Source: Octopus sinensis
Taxonomy: Eukaryota
DNA length: 64,000 bases
Direction of reading: 5' to 3'
Assembly: GCF_006345805.1 (NCBI RefSeq)
Contig: NC_043000.1
Coordinates: forward strand, 88,412,001 to 88,476,000
The position numbers and the translations under genes were made by a program. Shown here piece after piece: positions 50,946 through 64,000 of the stretch (position 1 is its first letter; every line of letters begins with the position of its first letter). The notes under the pieces were generated by a model. That model searched no databases, had not been told where the DNA came from, and saw only the letters and a program-made list of their open reading frames with translations.

Positions 50946-51451
50946 TCCTTATTGTCCGATGGCAATCACGTAAGATGTTGTGTGGGCGACACTGAAAGGA
51001 TTGATCATAGACACATTATTCTTTACGGCCATACTTTCTTTTATTTCAATTTTTACTTGCAAAGAAAATAAAGGCGGATAGGAAGTGCTGCTCCTCAGTA
51101 AATTCCCCAAAATGTGTGTGTTTGTGTAGAGGAAATGGTATTTGTAAACTAGCCTACACTGAGCATGTTCCTGTAGGCCGGAAAACCACAAATGAGAGGA
51201 GACATTAGCCTTTTGTCATCAGGGTAATTGAGGTTTATGGTATTTCTTTCATTTGTTGTCAGTAGGTATATCTTCTATAGGGAATATTCGTTGAAATTTT
51301 CTTTCTCATTGCTTCTTAACTTTTTCTACACGTCCTATGTAATCACCCTGACTACATCTATAGTATGTATTTTGCACTTTGTTTACTTTGAGCTTTTGTG
51401 ACCAAAATCGAATTATTATTATCATTGTCATTATCATTATTATAGAAGCTG

Positions 51452-51660
51452 GTGAGTAGGCAGAGTGTTTAGAGAGTCTGTAGAATACATTCAAGCATCT
51501 GTTTCAGCGCTTTACGATTTGAGTTCAAAAACCTTCCGAAGTCAAATTTGCTCTTATCTTTCCGACGTGGATAAAACAACCTACCACTCAAGTACTGAGA
51601 TCAACGTAATCGACATGCGATCTCACCGCGAATGTTTTTTTTCCCCTTGACTAAATCGGA
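51452..51660 (+). mobile_element. SINE family A (degenerate)
   Basis: gctggtgagtaggcagagtg...gagttcaaaaccttccgaagtc...tcaacgtaatcgac. Confidence 0.65.
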
Positions 51661-53089
51661 AATCATTATTTGCTTCTGCTTTATGGAATTAGCAGTGTGA
51701 TCCCTAACGAACTTCAACTGGCGATTAAGCGGTCAATCATCTACCTTGAGCACATTGTTATTGAGTAGTTTTTGGTACATACCATTCTGTTGTAAACATG
51801 AAATAAGGGCAGCCGTATACCTTCCTCACAATATTCAATGTAAGGCACAGCTTAAATCAATCTTGGCTTAAAAGTTGCTTGGCAAAAGTTTGTGACGGAT
51901 TCTTATACCTGTCATTTAGTATTTACTAGTTACTGAAAAGTAACAGAAACTATACTCTCTTAGCTGAAAGTCGAGAGAGTCCCAGTTTATCAATGCAGCC
52001 GGTGACGTTATTACACTGCATTATATGTTCATAAATAATTGTAGAAACATTGTGTTTATTAAGAATTTCTTATCTTCCACCTCTTTCGATTTTGCTTTAA
52101 AACTTTCAGGAACTGCAATAGCAATATGACCAATTTACTGAAGCTTGCAAATCAGATCAATTAAAATTAATTAATTTCGGCTTTAAAAAATTTGCCAATA
52201 TTTTATGCTTGTAGTTAATTTAGCCGCCGGAAGTGTCTGTCTGTCTCGGTTTCTATTTAAAAAAAAAAACTTGTTTTATTCTTTTTCACTATTTCCGGTA
52301 TAAACCGTCCACTGTCAATGTAGAATAATTCCTACATCTTGTTGCATCTTCCTTGTATTAAAGAATACTTTCCATTATTGAGCACTGAAAGTAGTAACAA
52401 CAGTCATAGCGGTAATAGTGACAATATTTTAATTACAAGAGTAAAAACTGCCTCATATAAATCAATTTTAAAAGTTAATAAAGTAATCGCTGAATATTTG
52501 TTGGGTAAACCAGGGATCTTTACGAAACACATATTTGGTTATTCGATCCTGATCAATATCTCTAGTATTCTATGCTTCTGTTTAAGCAAAAATATTTTAC
52601 CATTTCGGACTGTAAGCGATTATAAACTTCCTAAAATTGTAACCTGTAATACTCTCAACTTCAGAGCTATGAAAATTACGAATTACATCGTGGCAGTGAG
52701 GTAAGAAGTTTGTTTTCTAGCTACATTGTTCAGGCTTCAGTTTCACTGTGTGGGACATTGGGTATGTATCTTCTACTACAGTCTCGGGCCTATCAAATCG
52801 TTGTTCGTGGATTTGGTGGACAGAAACATAAGGAAGACCGTCGTATATATACTAACTTCAAGCCATGACAGACAGAGAAGATACATTTGAAATCGAGAAT
52901 TTGAACTAACGGAGACAATATTTACATACCGCCTGAGGAAACAACTAGATTTCGTAATGCAGAGAAACGGTTGCATAATCAATCACTTGCACGGCTGCAG
53001 AACTACGTTGCGTATAAACAATTGTAGGGGTTGAAACTAAATGTCCAACAGCACTCTTTGTTGTTGATTCCAAACTTTTTCAGTTATCT

Positions 53090-53515
53090 ATTCACACATG
53101 ACAGAAGCCCAGACGCAAACCTGAGAGTTTGTGATTGTGACCTCCTTCGGTCATGACTGACCATGGAATTGCACCTAGAAAGTTACCCACCGAGGTACAA
53201 GTCTCGGCAAGGTTCTTTATGGAAGACCAGCAAGTCGCCAACGCATAACAGCCTCCCCTCTCCACGCCACCGATGTTATCCAAGGGAAAGGCAAAGGCCA
53301 ATACAGCTTTGCACCAGTGACGTCGCAGCTCATTTATTAACGTCAAGTGGCTGAGCACTCCACAGACACGTGTACTCTTAATGTAGTTCTCGAGGAGATT
53401 CAGCGTGACAGGGCTGGCCCTTTGAAATACAGGTACAACAGAAACAGGAAGAAAGAGTGAGAGAAAGTTGTGGTGAAAGAGTACAGCAGGGTTCACCACC
53501 AACCCCTGCCGGTGT
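53090..53515 (-). mobile_element. SINE-like element, family C
   Basis: 53150-53330 is the reverse complement of the core of 53990-54185 (tgcacctagaaag.tacc...gcaaaggcc.atacagctt.gcacc.gtgacgtcgca.ctcattt). Confidence 0.7.
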
Positions 53516-53859
53516 GAAGACTATAATCGCCTACAGTTCGAAATGGTTCAATATTTTTGAAGCATAAAGTGTATACGTACCTGTATCTATATCTTATTCG
53601 TTTGTATTTTTGCGTGTCAACATACAGCAATCTCCTTATTAAGAACCTATCCACTTGTGCGTACTTACTCGGTAGATGCGCATATAGCAACAGCGATAGC
53701 AAATCAGAGGGGCAAATGTATGCGTACAGCCAAACACGGCAAGACTCACGTATACACACGGTTTTAGATCAAATTTGTCATCTTTCCTGCAAGTTTCACA
53801 AGAAATCAAATATCTCGGGTCGTTTATTACCTATTTAGATGTTGAGTAATGTTGCCGTG

Positions 53860-54185
53860 TGGTGGCACATGACTCAATGGCTAGAGCGTCGAGCTTACGA
53901 TCGTGAGGTGGTGAGTTTGAATCCCGGACCGGGGTGTTCCTTGAGCAAGACACTTTATTTCACGTTGCTCCAGCCTACTCAGCTGTAGAAATGAGTTGCG
54001 ACGTCACAGGTGCCAAGCTGTATCGGCCTTTGCCTTTCCTTTGTATAAATCTAATGGCGTGGAGAGGAGAGGCTGGTATGCATGGGCGACTGCTGGTCTT
54101 CGGTAAACAACCTTGCCCGGACTTTTGCCTGGGAGGGTAGCTTTCTAGGTGCAATCTAGTAAGTCATGACCGAAGGGGGTCTCAG
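53860..54185 (+). mobile_element. tRNA-derived SINE, family C
   Basis: Head ggcacatgactcaatggctagagc...gagtttgaatcccgg (A/B-box-like) followed by ccttgagcaagacacttt. Confidence 0.8.
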
Positions 54186-55249
54186 AATGTTGCCGTACAA
54201 TAAACTTGAACCTGCGAACCTGCGATTCTTGAAGATTTTGCGCGTACTTATCTGGGATGCGTACTTAAACGAATGCGTACTCAACCGTGATGTAACTGTA
54301 GATACTTAATATAGTTTTTATTTTGAAATCCTGCAATTCTATTCGTTTATACAGTTTACAACTCAAGTGTATATGTATTTGTGCCGATATTTTAATTATT
54401 TTAGTTTTTACACCTAAAATATAAATATTGCTGTAACTATATTTTTTTTATTATTTTTGTCTACATATTTTTTTTTACAGAATCTGCACACTGTGTTTCA
54501 TATCTGGGTGACTTTTCTCTGCAAGTACTCCTATACATCAGTTATTTTAGATATTTATTGTTCTTAGATTACAAAAGCAAGGCATTTAAATTGATCATCC
54601 TCGTTGTATGAAGGTGTTTGGTGTCGCTCTTAATATCAAATAGCCGGCCAAAACAAAGTACATTTTGAAACGAAAAGTTTCCCAATCGAAAGCTTGGAAA
54701 CCAATTGTGGCACGCACGTTTCATAACATCAATCCAAAGCACATATTTCTGCAGCATTTTACCCCTTACTTAGTGTCGATAATATTCGTTTTGATTCACC
54801 AATTACAGTGTGATCCAATCCGTCTCTTCCTAAATTCATGTGGAATTACATTGAAGTGCCAAACATCTAGCAAATGAAGCTAGCTACTTCTAAGAGCGAT
54901 TGAAGTTCAGTGCCTCCCAAACTCAGCGGACATTTTGGCCAACCCTTTAAATAACGTATTAAAATTCTGAAATACTCCTTGATCTCCTCGGCATGTTTAA
55001 GCATTCCATTAAAATTCTTCAATTGGAAATGAAAATTCTTTTTTACATTTTCTTATAATTACACGATTTAAAGTAAAAAGATTCAAATTCTGAAGCGAAT
55101 TTGTTAATTTGTCGGTTTTTTTCTCGAGTTTCTACTTTTGTAATTGCCCTGTACCCACTTCATTCACCCTTCACTCACACCAATACTACCATGAACAACA
55201 CCGACACACTCATCACTACCTACCTACACATTCTGAAAAACCATTGCAG

Positions 55250-55251
55250 AT

Positions 55252-55291
<40 letters not shown>

Positions 55292-55640
55292 GTATGTATA
55301 TATGTACGTGTATATATATATATATAAATGCATGTATATATATATATATGTAGTACTTATGTATATATATATATATATATACAATTATATGTATGTATAT
55401 ATATATGTACGTATATATATATATATGTATATATACATATGCATACATGTATATGTATATATATTTGTATGTACATATATACTTATACATATATACATAC
55501 TGATACATATATAAATACACGCATAGATATATACATACATATATACATTTACATATATATCTGTACATGCATATAGTATACGCACAAATATAGACACACA
55601 CATACTCGCACGCACGCACACTCAAACACTCACACCCACG
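55250..55640. repeat. (CA)n/(TA)n low-complexity region
   Basis: Direct reading. Confidence 0.9.
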
Positions 55641-58091
55641 CGCGCGCGCATACGAGAATGTCGGATTCCAGAATGCGATTGGCCGGTTATTCTTCGCTAT
55701 CTTCGCTATGCGTGTGACTTCATTTTGCTTTTCTGTATCAGAATCGTTTTTGCTTATACCAACCAATTTTTTTTAGATTTATATGATCAGTAAATGTTGC
55801 TCGGCGAGGTTAGTTAATAAGCCACCACCGAAATGGCGTGTGGTTTTGGATACCACCAACCGACAATCAAATATCTTTCTGGAACTTTCTTATACTCACA
55901 CACTGTCAATTTTATTATCATACTGTATGCTTTTGTTTGATGTAATGTCAATAGTATTTTTTTCCTTTCAGCCACTGTGCATCCTGATTAAATCCCTTTA
56001 TCTAGCTCGATATTCTTTTCAAGATTGACACCATATCCTCTTGAGACAAAACTTTTGCGATTGCTATTGACCGTTTCATATGTAGAGTATACATGTATAG
56101 GTGTTCACTTCTAGTCGTATAAATGTATACATACATATATACATACATACATATACATATATATTATATATATATATATGAATATATATATATAAATATA
56201 TATATATATAAATATATATATATATAAATAGATAGATATATAGATAGATAGATAGATACATACATACATACATACACACATATACATATATATATGTGTG
56301 TTTGTGTGCGTGTATGTATTTATGTTGTGTATGTGCTATACTTACTTAGTGATGAACAGATAGAGTATAATTACTTTTATGTTTCTCTATACGTTTATTG
56401 AATATAACTGCATCTGCAGACTTGAGAGATATATGACCTACATATTGATGGCTTTTTTCATGCTACTGGTAAGACATTATATTCAAAAATTAACAAAGAA
56501 TCAGTCCGCTTGCTGGGAGCATCTTTCAATATTTAGATATACTTTACTGATGGAACTTCACGAAGCATTGTTATAACAGAGTTACAGTAAAGTGAATAAA
56601 TGTTTCTGTTGCTTGCAAGTCTGGGCTCTTGTCACACACTGGGAAGTTGTTGTAAATAACTGTTATCCTGTTAAAACTTTATCATATCAAACAAAATAGC
56701 TTATTAGCTGAATCACGAAAATGGACGACCATAATGCCTCCTAGACATGTACCATGATTGGAAATCTGAGCCCTTGAAAGAGATAAGTCAAGGCTCCGTT
56801 GAAGAATACTTTGTTTGTGGAAATAATGCAGGTTCGGTGTCAGGTAAGGTGAGGAGGGGGGTCTTTCGCCGTTGCAGTGCGTCGCTGCATACGCTATTTT
56901 TCGGTATTCGCTCGTGTCGTCCCGGGCAACCCTCCGGTCAGTATCCCAGTTAGTTCCCCTCTCCGCTTCTTGATCCGCTGTGATCATAAAGCATATGGCC
57001 GATCAATACGAGCCGTTACTTCATCCGGGTCCTCAGAGAACAGTACACGTATTCAAGTTTCAACTCGGAAAATCGAGCAGCATGACGAAACAGTTGACGC
57101 TCCCGATTTATACTTGTTACTTAACAAATAATGCAAGATATAATTTAAGAGAGGAAGACGCTTGTGACAGATTTCCTAATTTTTGCTACGTAAAAAAGGT
57201 AAAAGATTCAGGATAGAATTAGAAAGGTTAAAAGAAAAAAAAATAGAGTGAGTGGAAAAGTAGAATTCTCGGAATAATAATTGTTTGAAATGGTAAGATA
57301 AATGAGGTCAAGATGAAAGAGATCTTCAGAAAAGAGTACACGGGGATGACCTGACTTATGTTACAGTCTACGTCAAATGTGCGCAAGAAAATCAAAGTGA
57401 TTAACATTTCAGTTGTCCTTTGATGAAGTGTAGGGCAGGTGTAATATTTCAAGAGAAGAAAGAATTGATCAATGAAACAACTATCATGTTATCGGAAATT
57501 TTCAGTGAAAGAAGTTCCCTGTACAATATTCGCTGGCAATGTTAAAATTTGGTCAAAAAAAGATTATGAAGATTTCGTCACCTATTAACATCTGTTAATA
57601 AAGAATATGTGAAAAAATCAAATTAAATGAATTAATCCCGCACGCCTAATTTTTATTCAAAGGCTAAATGCAAACAAAGATGCAGATATACGTTCCCTGA
57701 TATTAAGAAAATTAAATTAGAACAGGACCAAAAATTAACTCCACAGGCAATAGCAGAAGAATGCCAGAGGATTATAAATCTAAGACATATTAACCAAATT
57801 TAAAAAAAAACGATTCACGGAAGTGCAATCATGAGAAATGAAATCTCCCTGGATGTATTGCACTTGTTTGGATTATGAACTCCCAAAGAATTTTAAACTA
57901 CAGATTCATGTACCAGAAAACGGAAAATAACGGAAACATTGGAATTGAACCCGAAGCGTAAGAAATGCTAAAACTTTGAGCGGAGTTTAATTCTCAAAAG
58001 GGGAGAAGTTAGAAGTGAGTATATATATGCATATATGCATGTATGTATATTCATATATGAATGTATGTATGTATGTATGTATGTATATTTA

Positions 58092-58146
<55 letters not shown>

Positions 58147-58261
58147 GTATGTATATATATGTATGCATATATGTATGTATATATATGCATGTATGAAAAT
58201 AAACGTATCTATGTATATATATAAATATATGTATGCATGTACATATTTAATTGTACGCCTG

Positions 58262-58297
<36 letters not shown>

Positions 58298-58599
58298 CGT
58301 GCGCGCGCGTATGTATGTGTGTGTGTAGAGTGTTAGGTGTTGTGTAGAGAAACTGAAAAAAGTTCGGAGAATTTTGGAAAAAGTCTTTTTATTTCTTCAT
58401 TATTATTAACGCTTTCGTTTGTTTCTCGAACTTGTGAAATAGAATTTTATGAATGTACATGTAACTTTTAACTTATTGTTCAGTGTACCGTATGCTATTG
58501 TCCACAATTACTCTCAAGTCTCTGATATTGTTGGATGCAATAAAAGTTTCAACAAAATGGAGGGAGTATGAGAGTTTCAAGGTATCCTCTTTTCAGAAG

Positions 58600-59010
58600 T
58601 GGATTAACTCAAATTTGTCCTCCTGCAGCAGCATATCCTTTCATGCCTATTGAATGACAGCCAGTAGATCTGACTGACCGCATGTCCGATCACCCACTTC
58701 ATTGATGACCTTCTTGATCTTGGAATCATCTGCTAAAATTCTTATGTAACTGTGCTTGATGATGTCACTAATGTCATTGATGTAGATGATGAAAAGAAGT
58801 GGATCCAACATAATTGGTCCAACTGAATTTGGCTGGGCTTGATTTTACTCCTTCTACTACAACGTGTTGCGTTCTGCTTGTCAGAAAACACTTGATCCAT
58901 TGTAGTAACTTTCCAGAGACACCACTATTGGATAGATTTTTTTCAGGAGGATCTTATGACCTACTCTGTAAAAGGCTTTGCTGAAGTCAAGGTAGATGAC
59001 ATCAGTACAT
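58600..59010 (-). mobile_element. CR1/L2-type LINE reverse transcriptase fragment
   Basis: Minus strand: TDVIYLDFSKAF.RVGHKILLKK..GVSGKLLQWIKCFLTSR and PLLFIIYINDISDIIKHSYIRILADDSKI. Confidence 0.85.
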
Positions 59011-59941
59011 ACTTACATTTATACGTATATATATATATATGTGGGCCCAGGACGTCACTAAACATGTATAACAAGAAAATATGAAGTACAAGTACTTGAG
59101 ATATGAACTATGTTTATATTATTTATATCATTCTATGATTGAGCGCTACGCATCCTCTTCCAAGTAAGTTTTATCTCAGTAATTCTGATGCGCACTCTAT
59201 ACGATATTTTTACTCTTTCGTTTTTCTCTCTTTCTCTCTATTATTCTTTTACTTCCGCTTCTCCCAATATTCTATCCTAATACTCTATCACTCTCTCTCC
59301 CTCACTCCTACTCCCTTGTTCACGCTGCTCCCACGTGACCACCGACCATCTTCCTTTCTTCTCCTAACTTGTGTTTCTTTCCGTCCGTTGTAGCTGACAC
59401 AAGGAAAACGTGTTCTTGTCTGTCTCCTGTCCAAGCTTGATTTACGCGTTCACCACTACCTCGTTTAGGCTTAGGAGCCCTTCCTGTTTGTTTTCGCTGT
59501 CCTGTTTGTGTTCCCAATTTTGACCCTCTGTAAAATCCCAAATTTTATTTAATTTCCTTTACGGGAGTAGCTGTTTTATCGAAGCAGTATATTGTTGTTA
59601 AATTCTCGAAATACGAGTGTAGAAAAACAGCCAACAACTTGTGAAGGGTCGTTCTTTATGTTGTTTGTCTTGTTTTCCATATGTGTCTTTCGGTGTTCGA
59701 AAAAATAGTTCATATTCCATGTACTCGTATTTCGTATGTTTTTGTGGTACACGTTTCCTGACGTCCTGTACCCACATATGCATTTATATATTCGTATAGA
59801 TGTATGTACATATATGTATGTATAAATGCATATATGCATATATATATATATATTATATATATATATATATATAATATATATATATATATTATTTATATTA
59901 TATTATATTATATATATATACACATATATATATACATATAT

Positions 59942-59996
<55 letters not shown>

Positions 59997-61499
59997 ATTA
60001 ATCTCTCTGGCTTCATATATTTGCAAAGTCATTACACATTCAAAGAAAGAAGCTGATCATATTCCATATATGCATATAGATATTTATGCGTATGTATGTG
60101 TGTGTGTATACCTTCATATCTACATATTTGTATTTATATACATACAAATATATACGTATGTGTGTGTGTATGAATGTATGCACATATAGTTATGTATGTA
60201 TGTATATATGTACATAACTCGGTGCTTGTGCCTAATTCCATTTAAGATAGATTTCGTTCTGTTGTATAATCAGATATTCGAAAAATCATACACACCTTTA
60301 TGCTGCGATACGAGACCAAACTCTTGCCTGAAGGTCCTTGCTAATAACATTGCTACTTGCAAAGAAGATGAAGTAGTAAGTTCTTGTATAGTGTTTGAAT
60401 TTACTTGTTCTTTGCAAACGTGTGACAGAAAGAATATTATATTAAGGAATGACATATTATTGCCGAAGATTTCGTTTGTCACTGAGATTCTGCGTAGGTT
60501 TTACGAAATAGGCATACTATGTGTATTTTCGTTACATAAACTGCTTGTTTTTTTTTCTTATAACGAAAATAGAAATATAAAAAAATATAGCGAAGCTCAA
60601 CAAGCACACACTCACAGATTTACACCTGTATACATATATTATTGTATATTGATTTGAATTATCTTAGTAACAAATATAATACGTGATGTCATGATTCGAA
60701 ATTAGTAATGTATTTTGATTGATTAGAACATATATAATGTAAGATATTTTTGTAGTCGATGAAATCGTATTTCAATTTGATAGATACTGACAACATTAAC
60801 TTCAATAAAATTTGTTAGTCACGTAGTTTTCAAAGTATTTCGTGAATTGAGGAGGACGGGTCAAATGATGTACTGTTTTGGCATTACCTTCCAAGTAAGA
60901 ATCATTGTCAATTACAAATTCTTTATTAAGTTTTTTGGCAAAAATCTCATTTCTCGAACAGGGAAATTCTGAGATATGCCACAATTTTACAAATATATAT
61001 TTCTAGAAGTAAAAAGGCAAATAGTTACTGTGGCCGGTTGTTTCGGATACCCGATAACCTGCATACTCTAATGTTGATGTCAGACTACTGTTTCTATCGC
61101 CGTTTAATAACAGCTGACATAAAAGTTGCCTGGTTGTTTGGTTGATTTTGTAGTCCCGCATTACAACATATAGAACGGGGAGAGCAAACGATAGATAAAA
61201 AGAGAAAGTTAACATAACAGGTGCCGGGTGAATGTCTTATAACTTACTGAAAAATACATATATATTTTTCTATAGAATAAATTGAGATTAGGTTGATAAG
61301 ATATAGAAAAATAATAACATATTTATTGCAAATAAACAATTGAGAATTTCTTTTTTTATTTTGAGGTAATAAATACTTTTTCATTTGAAAATTAGTATAA
61401 AGAACATTGCTGTAATCATCATGACATTTAAAACTGGTTAGATTGAAAATAGTGAAAGTTGCTCATGTTTGACTTTTTTTCATTTACTAAAGATACTTA

Positions 61500-62930
61500 A
61501 ATCATGACTTTTGTTTTCAGTTTTCTAGTTGCGTTTACCTTAAAGATTTCGAAGAACTCCGTTTACAAAGTTATGTCAAGCTCCATACATAGGTCTGCTT
61601 TTGCTGAAGCCTAGCCTCTCTTTAGAAACGGTGACGATACTTAAAATATTGAAAAACGGACATTTGAATTTGTAGATCTCGACGTGATTCATCAAAATGA
61701 ATTTTGAAGTCAGCACTCTAGCACCAGACAACAAAACCATGATCCCCAGTGTAATTCATATGCAGCTTTGCTCTTAACACTGAACACATTTTTTGAATTA
61801 TTCTTAACTCTGTACAAAACTGCTTCCAATGAGCCGTTTCGATCAAGTTCGAAATGTTACTGTTATTCTAGTGCATACAAGCAGTATTTTGTTGTTTTAT
61901 TCAGTATTGCAACAGAAAAGATGAATCAAGGAAAACTGGTTGGCCCTTACTTATAAGGAAGGTAGTTGTGTTGCATAGTTGTGTGCTGATAACTTCTTTG
62001 GTAATGCTGGTCATCTCAAATTTGTTTGGAAGGCATTACAGAAGATGTAGTCTGGTCCGTCATTGAATTCGAAAACACTAGTACAGACAAGGAATCTCAT
62101 AACTGCACTTAAATTATAAATGCGTTACTGCAAGTATCATGTTAAATTCTAATCCAGTTACGTCTGATCCTTTACGCTGACATTTATGATGCAGTGATAC
62201 CATATTGCATCAGCTCATTTCTGAGGTCTGCCAGAAGCGCTAAGGGTAACATAGATCCTAGTACGATTTGTTGCATAACTGGCTCGTCGGCGAATTAACC
62301 GGCACCACCACTAAGGTTTCCTGTTGAGGAGGATTGCTAGAAACACAACAGGGCTAAAAGCAAAAAGCACTAACTAACAATAGCACTGGCCCTCAGAAAT
62401 TCTGGGTTGACGTCTGGTTTGCAGGATGACTACTGAGAGTTAGGCACCCATTACCTTTTGTTAAAATATGTCTCTAGAATCTGCTTCAAATGCTGTCAGG
62501 CTGCGTCTGCTCCAATAATCGGCGGTGACTTTGTCAGCGAATCCTCTGCGATGGTCAACAATCGATGACAAGATGAGCTGCTACTGATCATTCTATCCAA
62601 AAGTGTGTATGCATATGCCTGCGGACCACATGTGACCTTGTCTTTACGGTGAAACTCCGAACATATGCTCTACACTTCAACGGTGAATGACGGCTGCGGA
62701 TACGGTGTCCACTCTGTCCGATGCCCTCGCTCTCCCAGTGGGGCACTTGTCAAATATGTGGAAGCTAAAGTTTTGGACCGTAGGCAAAAACATTACTTTG
62801 ACTGCGACTGATCGTCAGATATGGTAAGCATTCGTGGAGAACTTCGTGAACTCGTTGGTCGGAACCGGTTCAACACATCCCGGGTGAATGCCGCCGGAAG
62901 TAAAGGTTCAAATAAGTAAGTGATGATACC
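61500..62930 (-). mobile_element. Possible highly degenerate Gypsy-like gag/pol remnant
   Basis: GC-richer segment. Fragments such as LPAAFTRDVLNRF and TLLDRMISS...HLKQILETYFNKR loosely recall gag; many stops, no clean motif. Confidence 0.25.
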
Positions 62931-64000
62931 ATAATTAAGGCTGCGTTTAGCAAGAATTACTTAGGGATCTTTAAAGTCCTAGAAGGATTCTACATTCCAC
63001 AGTGGTTTCCAAAACTTAGCTGCTACACATCTTCAGCTTCTGGATTGTAAAAAAAGACTTCATTATTAACCTATATTCAGAATAGTTTGTTAGCCACATT
63101 TGCATGAAAAAAAAAGTTCAAAGTCGTAGGAAACATCAAAGTAGTTTCATAGATGAAAAATAAAAATGTAGTTTTTATGAGTGTATTGTGATAAACGTTA
63201 TTTTATATCATCTTCTTGCTATATATTAAAATAAATGGAAAGTTAACTGAAAATTTCGGCACCGATTGTAGTATGTTTATTTAGAATGTATGATTTTATA
63301 ATTATGATCTCAACAACAAATTTTGTGAGTAAATGTATTTATTCATAATATATGTCAGATTTACTTAGAAGTTTTTTTAAAGCCGGAACAATGTATATTA
63401 ATAAAAAAAAAGAGCACTTTGCTATGGCTTTCTAAATAACTTTCGTATTTATTATTATTATAGTTTTTTCTTGAAACTATAACCCATATGAGTATATCGT
63501 GATAATAACATTTATGACAATGCAGGTACCCATAAGAAGAACTTCAGTGCGAGTATGCTGTTAAAAATCCAATTCCCAGGTACAGAGTATAAATAGGTAA
63601 AGAGTATAAAATGCAACGTAGCCATACACCTCATTACTTTTGAGCATCATAACCAGCTACGTGGTATTGTTACTTAAGTTAATGAAATAAAATACTGCTG
63701 AAACTGCCAACAAATGAATAAGAGATTTAAGAGATAGTACGCGGTTTTCATAGCATATATTCTTAGGCTTTTCAACCAAGTTGGAATACGTGTCACACAG
63801 CAGGAGGAAGCAGGAGCTATTTCTATAATTCAATAATTTATCTATCGGAAACTTCAAGAAAATACCAATAGATTAATTTATAAACAATAATAATTAATGT
63901 GTCCGCTAATTTATCTAAAAACACTGCTTACAGAAGCAGTTTTCCTACATACATCTGTATTAGCTTTGGGCAAAATAAAATACAGGAGAATCAGTTAATC

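Noticed and set aside
52339-52704. 121-aa plus ORF
   Set aside because: No motif, and it overlaps a degenerate inverted-repeat end (52570-52625 vs 53520-53575) of a probable DNA-transposon remnant.
60196-60657. 153-aa Cys-rich plus ORF
   Set aside because: It starts in a microsatellite and bears only a vague resemblance to the PLE endonuclease zinc-knuckle region; no supportable product.

Overview
AT-rich, repeat-dense eukaryotic DNA. It is probably octopus/cephalopod, inferred from the abundant tRNA-derived SINE families and the (TA)n, (TAA)n and (TG)n tracts; this was not checked against a database. No complete intact host gene is visible, and most ORF-track entries are microsatellite or antisense artefacts. 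Recognisable content: several Tc1/mariner DNA transposons (one IR/DR-type Tc1 with an uninterrupted 339-aa DD34E ORF), Penelope-like (PLE) RT and GIY-YIG remnants, a 5'-truncated R4/Dong-like element in (TAA)n, a CR1/L2-type RT fragment and many SINEs. Minus-strand exon chains suggest a lesioned extracellular-glycoprotein (pseudo)gene at 17.2-18.3 kb and the 3' exons of a possible cupredoxin-like gene at 0.2-1.9 kb. The most striking signal is a set of non-coding, (TA)n-embedded elements carrying type I hammerhead ribozyme folds. A ~475-bp tandem array at 14.07-16.43 kb has four minus-strand hammerheads and 5' inverted segments. An unrelated ~493-bp unit at 35.6-36.2 kb has the same layout. 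Further minimal or degenerate hammerheads occur, one at the 3' end of a decayed PLE. Together these look like a PLE-mobilised, retrozyme-like (potentially circular RNA) system. All folds and splice models were read by eye and are untested.
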